Of a stretch of 64,000 nt of DNA, positions 26,001 to 38,141 are shown in pieces. Made by a program: the position numbers and the translations under genes. Each line of letters begins with the position of its first letter. Position 1 is the first letter of the stretch. Source of the stretch: Tubiluchus corallicola (Eukaryota > Animalia > Priapulida); assembly GCA_030141605.1 (NCBI GenBank), contig JAQGDQ010000446.1:124001-188000 (forward strand), read 5' to 3'. A model generated the notes under the pieces. That model did no database searches. It was not told where the DNA came from and worked only from the letters and a program-made list of their open reading frames with translations.

Positions 26001-29000
26001 CTCACTTGTACTCACACTCAACTATACTCACTTATGCTTACTTATACTCACTTGTACTAACACTCACATAGACTCACTTATGCTTAATTATACTCGCACT
26101 CACCAATACTCACTTATGCTTACTATGACTGTTTACGACTATCGTGACTGTAGGATGATGTCCGTTTTGCTGCTAAAATCAGCAGAAAGCACTTAAAACA
26201 GGGTGGTGCAAATTATCTGACTAGCCGGGCCACATTAAAATTTCCAGCAATTCCTGCAGGCCACAGGCAGTTTGGTCAAGGAGCCAAGTACAGAAAGGCC
26301 TAATAACGATTTTTTTGCATCCGATCTGCGTACATCATTACTACTACACTCAAGAAACTATTTTAGAAGTTATTAAAATTTATATTACAAACCACATATT
26401 TCTACTTTCAGGACAGATAGTGGTAATTTCACTACAATGCATATTAGTAATGTTTATCACGCAGTTTGTGTAGTACAGTGACTTTAAGCTACGATTGTCT
26501 TGTAAGGGTTAATGGCATCCGATCTAGTAGAAAAAACTACCTGCACTATCTTTGGGATCATGGCACGGATTTCAGCTGGATACACTCAATTAATCGCCCG
26601 GGCCGCACTTTCATTAGGTTGACAAATCTCTTTGCGGGCCGCACGAATTTTCTCGGCGGGCCGCAAGTGGCCCGCGGGCCTCAACTTGCACACCCCTGAC
26701 TTAAAATAAGCGGTGCAGTCATTAAACATGCTAAAAAGCATGTACTAACCTGGTGTCCTTGGCTTTCCAACGCTTCCTTTGTTAAGCGTACAGCACGTTT
26801 CAATCCCGGAGTGACCGTTATGTAGTCATTGTAGTCATAGTAACCAATTGTCAATTTCTCCTTACTGTTGTACACCTGAAAAACAACTGGATTAGCAGAG
26901 TTGTTAGTGAATGTTAAAGCAGAGGGTCTGGAGCACTCACTTCCTTTTGCATATCAACCTTCAACAAAGAAATGTTGCGGTATCCTAGGAAGCCGTTGAT
27001 AGCACAGAAATGATGCAGTATTCAAGGAAGCCGTTGCTAGCACAGAAATGATGTGGTATCCGAGGAAGCCGTTGCTAGCACAGAAATGATGCGGTATCCA
27101 AGGAAGCCATCCATTGCTAGCACAGAAATGATGCGGTATCCAAGGAAGCCGTTGCTAGCACAGAAATGATGCGGTATCCAAGGAAGCCGCTACTAGCACA
27201 GAAATGTTGCGGTATCCAAGGAAGCCATTGCTAGCACAGAAATGATGCAGTATGCAAGGAAGCCGTTGATAGCACAGAAATGATGCAGTATTCAAGGAAG
27301 CCGTTGCTAGCACAGAAATGATGTGGTATCCGAGGAAGCCGTTGCTAGCACAGAAATGATGCGGTATCCAAGGAAGCCGCCATTGCTAGCACAGAAATGA
27401 TGCGGTATCCAAGGAAGCCGTTGCTAGCACAGAAATGATGCGGTATCCAAGGAAGCCGCTACTAGCACAGAAATGTTGCGGTATCCAAGGAAGCCATGCT
27501 AGCACAGAAATGATGCGTATCAAGGAACCGTTAGCACAGAAATGATGCGGTATCCAAGGAAGCCGTTGCTAGCACAGAAATGATGCGGTATCCAAGGAAG
27601 CCGTTGCTAGCACAGAAATGATGCGGTATCCAAGGAAGCCGTTGCTAGCACAGAAATGATGCGGTATCCAAGGAAGCCGTTGCTAGCACAGAAATGATGC
27701 AGTATCCAACGAAGTCGTGCACACAATAGCTGAAACGTTATTAAATGTAGATAAACCAAAGCTAAGCAACACTGTGCCTAACTAGGAATAAAATGAGCAA
27801 CCGGGTAAGTTCATCTGCCACGCTGCCACCAAAAAAGCTTCTCTCTATGAAATAAGACATACATGCGTTCAAATATGACAAAAAGCTTTCTGTCAGTTTC
27901 TCATATTGAAAAGTTAGCCTACAAGGATCCTGCTCAAACCGTTAACACAATAAATGCAGAGGCTGCGCAGCATAACTTTTGCAGAAACATGGTACTTCTA
28001 AACGAAGTGATATAATATTACAGAGATGCTTAAAGGACAAATTTAAAGTAAAAACAAATTAAAGAGCTAACGGTAACTTAAAGTTTGACAGTAATCTTAT
28101 AAAATTTTATAGCTTTCTTCCTAATGAAATTTTTTCCAAAACGTTTTCTTAGGTTGTGCATGCGAAGCTTTGGAAAATCGCAGGTTAAACAAATAAGTTA
28201 CCAACGACTTCCTTGGATACCGCATCATTTCTGCGCTAGCAACGGCTTCCTTGGATACCGCAACATTTCTGTGCTAGCAACGGCTTCCTTGGATACCGCA
28301 TCATTTCTGTGCTAGCAACGGTTTCTTGGATACCGCATCATTTCTGTGCTAGCAACGGCTTCCTTGCATACTGCATCATTTCTGAGCTAGCAACGACTTC
28401 CTTGGATACCGCATCATTTCTGTGCTAGCAACGACTTCCTTGGATACCGCATCATTTCTGTGCTAGCAACGGCTTCCTTGCATACTGCATCATTTCTGTG
28501 CTAGCAATGGCTTCCTTGGATACCGCATCATTTCTGTGCTAGCAACGGCTTCCTTGGATACTGCATCATTTCTGTGCTAGCAACGGCTTCCTTGGATACC
28601 ACATCATTTCTGTGCTAGCAACGACTTCCTTGGATACTGCATCATTTCTGTGCTAGCAACGACTTCCTTGGATACTGCATCATTTCTGTGCTAGCAACGG
28701 CTTCCTTGTATACCGCATCATTTCTGTGCTAGCAACGGCTTCCTTGGATACCGCATCGTTTCTGTGTAAGCAACAGCTTCCTTGGATACCGCATCATTTC
28801 TGTGCTAGCAACGGCTTCCTTGGATACCGCATCATTTCTGTGCTAGCATCGGCTTCCTTGGATACCACATCATTTCTGTGCTAGCAACGGCTTCCTTGGA
28901 TACCGCATCATTTCTATGCTAGCAACGGCTTCCTTGGATACCACATCATTTCTGTGCTAGCAACGGCTTTCTTGGATACCGCATCATTTCTATGCTAGCA

Positions 29001-32000
29001 ACGGCTTTCTTGGATACCGCAACATTTCTCTGCTAGCAACGGCTTTCTTGGATACCGCAACATTTCTGTGCTAGCAACGGCTTATTTGGATACCGCAACA
29101 TTTCTGTGCTAGCAACGGCTTCCTTGGATACCGCAACACTTCTGTGCTAGCAATGGCTTCCTTGGATACCGCATCATTTCTGTGCTAGCAATGGCTTCCT
29201 TGGATACTGCATCATTTCTGAGCTAGCAACGGTTTCCTTGAATACCGCATCATTTCTGTGACGCCTATATTTGTAAACAATACTGTACAGTGAAATACGA
29301 CAAGTGATAATCAAAACGTGGCGTTGCCTAACCAAGGAGTAAGGATTGAATGAGGAACAGAGATTCTGATGGCATCACCTAACGAGTAAAACACAACAAG
29401 TGAAGTGTCAGGCTTTCCTCGGAAATTACACCTTCGCACCAGCTTTTCTCTTATATGAACCATCAAGAAAAAGTTGAAAGTATCACAAAATCTTGGAGCA
29501 TTTTCTTTCTGTTTTTGCATAAAGTAAAACTTTGCAATGTACGTTGTATTTGACCTTTCGGGTGCTTCTGTGCCCAATTTGGTAAACGAACTAAAAAAAG
29601 CACAAGTACTCACATCGGATTTGAACTCAATGGGTGCGACTTTTGCATCTCTTTCGAACGTTTCATCAGAACAACAGGCCCTCATGCCGAGGGCAATATC
29701 CTCAACGTTTGTTGCCATGTAACCGTAGGCTACTTTCACTGAAATTAAGCATCATAGCACAAATGTATGCAAGAAAAACAACTAATAGCACAAATGTGTA
29801 TACTTACATGATGTACATACAAGTACACATATTTCTTACGCTATACCTGCAAGCTACTTTCACTGAAGTTTATCATCGCGATACATTTATCCAAGAAAAA
29901 CAATCAAAAATTGTCCATTGTCCAATCAAAAATAGCACATGCGCACACGTTTAAAAATTATCAAGTGAAAAAGACATTTTCTGATAACATGCTAAACTAA
30001 TAAAGCATCCAAAATGATTTCAATGCTATTCTCATAGAATAAAATTTATTTCAAGTATCATAACAAAAAAACAAACAACTCCATCAAGCATTACAAGATT
30101 ATCAGGTACGTTGTAAACAATACTTAAAAACATTAAAATTTTAGCACTACAAGTATATAAACACAAACATGACGCGCCATCCACAACAGTAAGTACTCCA
30201 CGCATTTATATTAACCCTTTCAGTCCCAAATTATTTTTTAATAAGAAAAAAATTTTTTGGCTTGGTACTTTTGTTCGACTTTTTTGAAGACACAACAAAA
30301 GCAAAAAATGTGCTTCATTTTGCAACTGCTGATAGTTTTTTAAAGTATTTAAGACATTTAGTATGCACGCTATGCTGCTCTGTACAAAGTCATCTCTAAA
30401 GTACTGTACCTTGTGCAGTTTTTTATGCTATGTAGATTTTCTAGTTTGCCATTTCATCACCATTTTTGGTCTATTGTTATTGGCATAAATCAAAATAACT
30501 ATTAACAGACCAAATAACTGTCATTTTTAAAATTTTATTAATTTTAAAGGCAGAAAATATTCTCGTATCCCACGGGATACAATGGGTATGAAAGGGTTAA
30601 CATATAGTCTGTCTTGTTTCTGTTATTTTAATGGCTTATTGAGAACAAAAATGTATAAATTTGAATTTTTGTCTGGGTTAGCTTGTTACAGTGCTGGGAG
30701 CCGAGTTCAGGTGTGCAACTGTCTAGCTTTATTATATGAGCTTGACAAACATTACACATACACAAACTTTAAACTACTGATATAAAATCATCATTATTCA
30801 TGATATAAAGTACAATAAAACAAATAAATTTACTTAAGACAGAGGTTTTAGTGACGGAACAGTAAAAATAGGGCCTATGTCAGGGGTGTGCAAATTATCT
30901 GACTAGCCGGGCCACATTAAACTTTCCCGCAATTCCTGCAGGCCACAGGCAGTTTGATCAAGGAGCCAAGTACAGTAGGACCTAATAACGATTTTTTTTG
31001 CATCCGACCTGCGTACATCATTACTACTACACTCAAGAAACTATTTTAGAAGTTATTAAAATTTATATTAAAAACCATATATATCTACTTTCAGGACAGA
31101 TAGTGGTAATTTCATTACAATGCATATTAGTAATGTGTATCACACAGTCTGTGTAGTACAGTGACATTAAGCTACAACTGTCTTGTAAGGGTTAATGGCA
31201 CCCGATCTAGTAGGAAAAACTACCCGCACTATCTTTGGGATCGTGGCACGGACACTCAATTAATCGCCCGGGTCGCACTTTCATTAGGTTGACAAATCTG
31301 TGCGGGCTGCACAAATTCTCTTGGCGGGCTGCAAGTGGCCTGCGGGCCGCAATTTGCACACCCCTGACTTAAGAGATTGAAATTTAGTAAAATCAAAAGC
31401 TTATATTCATTGAACCGTTGAGCAAAGCAAGAGACAAAGAAAAGCTAGACTTAGAAAAACATTCCACATCGAAACAAAGAAACCACATATATGTGGTATA
31501 ATGGTTCGAATGCAAAAAACACATACAACAGAGCAACGTACCTACATATCATAAACTTAATATTACATATATAACAGTAAGTCAGTCAGTCAGGCTTACA
31601 CTGAGTTATCTCAGTTGGGCCTGTATTCAATTATTTTATGGACCAATTTGGCATTAACCCTTTCATACCCGTTGTATCCCGTGGGATACGTGAATATTTT
31701 CTGCCTTTAAAATTAATAAAATTTTAAAACTGACAGTTATTTGATCTGTTAATAGTTATTTTGATTTAAGCCAATAACAATGGACTAATAATGGTGACGA
31801 AATGGCAAACTAGAAAATCTACACAGCATAAAAAACTGCGCAAGGTACAGCACTTTAGAGACGACTTTGTACAGATCAGCATAGCATGCATACTAAATGT
31901 CTTAAATACTTTAAAAAATTATCAGCAGTTGCAAAATGAAGCACAGTTTATGCTTCCACTGAATCCCTATGTATCCCGTGGGATACAGGCTATATTTAGC

Positions 32001-35000
32001 ACGCGGGCACAGGTAGTAAAAAATAATTATTATGTGTAAACAAGATGGACATACTGAACAAAAGTACTAAACCAAAAAAAATTTTCTTATTAAAAAATAA
32101 TTTGGGACTGAAAGGGTTAATTTTAACAACTTCTACATCTTGTGACGCATTTAAAACACAAACTGCTCGTTAGAAGACATATAATGAAAGTTAGGACAGA
32201 AATTAGAAAGAATACAAAAACATTCATCTCTTATATGAGTGTACAGGACATTCAGTAATTACATGCAATTCATCCTCTACTTCATCCAAACATACTTGTT
32301 GTTCTACAGGTATTTCTTCAAATTTTCAAATCTTAAAAGCTTTGTGGAAGTTGGAATTGTACATTATAATTAGGTGCTGCCATCTATGGGCTAATCCTGT
32401 TACATTCTACCAGCTGACTTACCCTCAGTATGGTCTAGTGACTACATACACATTGGTCCTCTCCCTATTTTTAAGTAATGGTTGTTGTGAAGCCTGTGCA
32501 AGTCTGCATAGGTCAAGTCCTATACTTATATATACTGACTGTTTTTGCTTTCTAGTCACTCTCAGTGTTCAGTGCAGCAGTCATGCTACTCATGTGTCTG
32601 TAGTTTTAATAAATACTTTTCTGTTGTGTGCAGTGCAAACAAGTATTATAGATTTTTTATTCTTGTTCATACTTCTGTGCCTAAACTCAAACATAGCAAA
32701 GTGAGTGATCAACAACTTCAAACATGACTTTCACAAGCTTATTAATCATTGGTTACATTCAGAATTAGATTGTAAAACTACAAGGGTACCTTATCAAATC
32801 TTTTTGTTTTTTTTTCTTCTTTTGCATCCTTTACCTTGTCTAGCTTATTAAAAAAACTCATTACACAAATCTTAAAAAAACAAGGTCGTCACATTTCTGG
32901 TGCAACTTTGCGATAGAACAGCTCCTTGACTGCAATCCGAAACTCTTTTAACTTAACAGAGTAAATAACAACATTAACTAGGGTATTAGTAACTAACAAA
33001 GCCCAACTAAAAGGCAATACTTTACGCAAGAATTTCTTGTGTTCTGGGCTCACAACATACAATAGCAACAAAATTACATGAGACAGAGTCATCAAGTAGA
33101 AAAAGCCAGTCAAATAAAATACAATTTTTGCAATTCTAAATCTTGTTCTAACGCTGTTGTGTATGGACACTGATGGCGTGTTGGACTTCGTTGCTTTTTG
33201 TTGCCTGATAACTTCCAAAATGACCTTCGTGTTCATGAAAACGACAGACGGCATCAAAATTAAGTACAACAACGTCATTATGAGATCAATGGTTCCCGAC
33301 AGGTCAAAGCAAAAGCTGCCGCCTTCGAAACCGCCATTCGCGGCTTGAATAGATCGACCGATCAAAAACGGGAGGACGCTAAAAATCCACGTCGCAATCA
33401 GGATCACGCGAGTACTTGTGAGTGTCATAATTTTCTCGTAATACAGCGGACGCATGACTGCTATGTATCTATCTATGGAAACGGCAAGGAATGTGTACAT
33501 GGATGCACCAATCATCGAATCAGACAATCCTTTCACTATGATGCACCACGACACGTAACAGTCGCCTTCCAGCCAAACCATGATGCAGTACACGACACTC
33601 GTCCATCCAATCAACATGTCTGCCACTGCCAGGTTACAGATCAGATAGTAGTAAGTGTGGTGCAGAATCTTGACTTTACAGATAACTGTGATGATGATCA
33701 TATTGCACACTACAGCCAGCACGCCTACGACAAGCACGTATGAGTACAGTACTGTCACTGACATGTCAAGATCACGATGCTCGCAGTGCCGAGGTGCCTG
33801 GCTACTATTGAGTTTTGGTGCGGCAGCAGTGCTGAGAGGAGGCATCGTTACGTAAAATACCACCACAAGACACCACAAACTACAATGTACTTCTACATGA
33901 AGAAATGCAAGGTTTCTTTGAAAAATGGAATTATGTGGCTGCAAGAAACTTTTTAATACTGATCAATACTAAGTGTCTCACATGAAGGATAACAATTAGA
34001 AAGTGAGAATATGTGAAGACATATGAACGCGGGCCTAGAGAAAGAGAATTCTCATATCTAGGTTTCTTTTAAGTAAGTCAGATGCATTAAAACAACCTTA
34101 GCCATCACAGTATTTTGCTCATTGCATTGAGTTTAAGCCATTAAAGTAGGAAACTGTTTTGCGTACGTATGTTTCCACACAATAGTTTCTGCCACTACAG
34201 TCTGTAAAGCTATTCGTCCACAGGTGTGCACTTTGAACTATTGTAACAAATCACAAGGTTAGTCTAGAAAGCAATCGTTCTAAAACAATCCTTCCATCAC
34301 TGCGTTTACTATCTGACACTTTCCTGTTAGTTCACGATGTAATGACAGGTCAACAAAACAACCGCTTAACATCACGTAGCAAAAACACTTTCCATTTCTG
34401 TACGGCGTTCCTTCCGTGCTTCCTACAGGTATCCCTCGCTACCCACAGCTTCCTCGTTGCTTCAAGCAGTAGTAGATTGAAGTGACGTCGTCCGATTATT
34501 GCAAACACAGTGCAGTGTTTACGCCGGGCAGAAATGTGATTATTAATGTGGCATGTGCGCAGTAATTAATGACTGTTTACAAAGCTCTCGTCCACCTCTC
34601 TGGTTGCAAAATGCTGGTGAAGCATTGCAATGCATAATCACTTTGCTAACACAACAATGTTGTAGCTATATTGCATATGACTATATCAAACAGTCAAACT
34701 AGTAATTAAAACAGGCTGTGTACCGATGGGATTATAGAGCAGCAAGATGAGCATAAGCAGACATGAGCTTAAGTTTTATGCTAACATGGGTTAAGAACGC
34801 TCTGACCCAGTTTATCCACAACTTACATGCTACTCTATGAAACAGTTAAACTAGTAATTAAAACTGGTTGCCAGGCTGTGTACAAATGGAATCATAAAGC
34901 AGCAAGATGAGCATAAGCAGACATGAGCTTAAGTTTTATGCTAACATTGGTTAAGAACACTCTGCTGCTCTTTTAACTGACCCAGTTTATGCACAACTTA

Positions 35001-35592
35001 CATGCTACTCTATCAAACAGTACAAACAAAACCAATGACTGATTGATAATGGCAAGCAATCAGCAGCAGCTAACGAAGACATGTTAATCATTAATATGCA
35101 CACAAATTATATGTAAGAGCAAACAAAGTATTTCAGACGGGATTTTGTCACAAGAGAGCTGGGTATAGGCCTTAAAATTATTGATTTTGATGAGCTGGGC
35201 TGGACTTTACCAACCTTTGGCTTCAAATTACAAGCCCGTGCAGACTATAATAAGACTGGCTGTCAGATTGCTAAAAATTGTTGGTGTTGAACGCGTTAAA
35301 GTCTCCATAACTGACCTAATCTTTTGTAGCATCAAAAAAGCTTATAAGCATTGAAACGAATTAATATTACATGAGCACTGTGTCAACACGTTACAAACAC
35401 TTACCCACTTGAACTCCCGGCACAGAATTCATGCATCCTTCATGGCTGAAAAATGTAATACATGTACGTGTGAATTGCACACAGATCAGAAGAGAAAGAA
35501 ACGAGAATGAAAAAGCTAGAAAGAAAGAGAAAGGGAAAGAGTCAAAACAGAAAGAGAGAGAGCAAAAGAAAGAGAGAGAGAGAGAGAGTGAC

Positions 35593-35626
<34 letters not shown>

Positions 35627-38071
35627 TGACAGAGAGAGAGACAGAGAGAGAGAGAGAGGAGGGAGAGAAGAGAGAGGGAGGGAGGGAGAGAGAGGGGGAA
35701 AGAGAGAGCAAGATGGAGAGAAGAGAGAGGGAGGGAGAGAGAGAAAGAGAGAGAGGGGGAAAAGAAAGCAAGAGAGAGAGTGAGTGAGTGAGTAAGTGAG
35801 AGAGGGAAAGAGGAAGAGAGAGATTACTCTATTCGGCATTTAAGTACATACATACTTAGCAGAAACAACAGAATATTCATCAGTTCACTCATGCCGAGAA
35901 CTTGCATTGCTAGTCGAGTTTTAACAGTGAAGAGACAAAATAATTCAACACTTAACCGACTTGTAAACCTTTCATGATTGAAACCGGAAGTCAAACACAG
36001 TCGATACGATAAAAAAAACTGAAACACGTACAACTCAGAAACATGAATTTACCTAAACCTTGAGGCACTACACTTCAGACCACAAACGCCACTCATATGT
36101 GAAGGAAGCCGTATGCTTCCAGCTATATCTCCTCCGACACCAAGTGGACTTCCCTTCCTCTTCAGCAGACACGTTTCCCCTCCAGAAGATCCTCCGGGAA
36201 CTCGCCCCTTTTGGACCGGGTTCTCCGTTGCACCGAATATTGGGTTACTGCAGCCATAGCTAAAATTAAAGCGGACCCAAATTTAAACTGTAGATCAAAA
36301 CAATCTACTCTCTAAAACATTGAAAAGAAAATATACTATTATGTTCAAGAATGACTTTTTAGTGCATTTCAAGGTGTTTGTATATAGCAGTTAAAAAACA
36401 ATAATTTGAAATGAGGAATGATCAGAAAACCTGTATTGTTTTCCTGTTGAAAAATTCCACAGGAACAATTAGGAGCACTGCAAACAGAATGTAACGTTGT
36501 GGCCAATACTGTAATCTGACAAATTATCAAAGCCACATCACTTAAATGAGCCAGTGAACTAGTAGAGGTGGCACGCCACATTTGGATCTAAAAACAGCCT
36601 CCATTTGTGAGAAAAACGTCCAGAATCAGTAAGACGAATGAAACGGCGAAAAGCGAGTATCGAACCCAACGACCACCCACCCGTTTATTATACACATTAG
36701 CTGTAATCACTCACTTTTTCACCTCACCCTAAATCTACTCGCCAAAGAAGCGCTGTTTAGCGATACCAGCCATTTACAGAATATATCAATCATACTTTTG
36801 TGTAAACTCATCATGCTGATGCCATATCTAAGTACTGAATTATCATTACCTGAGTAATGTTTGAGGAACATTCGTCTTACAGAACGGAATCCCACCTTTT
36901 GCTTTAATGACTTTAACCACAATGGCGTCTTCGTCTTTTGGTTTGGCATACTTTGCCTGTCCCAATGTGCTCGCATAGCCCTGCAACAAACAATAACAAC
37001 TTTTTATGTTGTCTCTCCAGCCTCTCTACATGTTGTGGAGATCGCTGTAATCTATTAGAATTCGTAGAACGTTGCAGAATGTTCCGTTGGCATGACCGCC
37101 TTATCGTCTGGAATGTTCTGGAACATTAGTTCTGGAAGATTCTTCAGCGCGCTATATAAGGCAAAGCAGGCCGCCGACACGGAAGCGCATAGAGCACGAA
37201 GATCTCGCACGGACGTATACTTACACATTCTCTTGTATACTTGTATTTTCAGATACACTTTAACGTTTTCCAGATTTTCACGTTTACAGTAATCGTTTCT
37301 CGTTCCCTCATACTTTTGTGTTGTAGAATTCCCGCTAAATAAACTAGTTTTATTTGACGGCGTGTTTTCTGGTTTTCTCTACGAGCCTTCCGAGAGAAAC
37401 AAAACACAACACTACATTAAACGTCAACGTGAGCTGACTTGATTCTTACTTACCAGTTGCTTCACGGCCTTTTGTTGATTATGACTACAGACGTCCTTTT
37501 GTGTTGTCTAATGATACAAGGTTAATAATTTAAAGCTTAAAAAGCCTCAAGTTTGACTCAATGTGCATTTGTACAGTTTTGCATGTCGAGTAAAAAATGT
37601 AGCTACCAGTTGAAGTTGTAAATGCTCCTAACTAACTTAACTACTTTTAAAACTTGCCTTCACAACCATCTCTACCAAAACTCGTAATGTTTTTTTTACA
37701 ATTTTGTACTTTCTGTTAATTGCTATTGTCATACGTACGTAAAGTTTAGTACTAACGTTTACACTTACATTACTGTACTGTATGATATTCTGCGGTATCT
37801 TGTCCCCTTCGTACTGGGATCACTTTAAGTAATTTAAATTATTGTATTTTGTTGTAATTTTGGTTTCCAGTCGAGCTACAATTACCCGTAAATAATAATA
37901 AAATAATAATAATAATATCTCATTTTTTAGAGTCATAGATAAAATAACATCAGATCAGTGTATATATGTGCATGTATATGCATGTATGTATGTGTCTATG
38001 TATATGTGCATAATAAAGCGCATGTATCCAATTAGGTATATAATATATGCATATGTATGTATATGTACATG

Positions 38072-38141
<70 letters not shown>

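Noticed and set aside
32889-33944. Calling the GPCR a cannabinoid receptor and using the TTG start at 33944
   Set aside because: TM3/ECL2 cysteines and TM6/TM7 sequence do not fit CB receptors; eukaryotic start is more plausibly ATG 33845
36640-36680. tRNA B-box-like ggttcgatac on minus strand
   Set aside because: No A box or cloverleaf could be drawn
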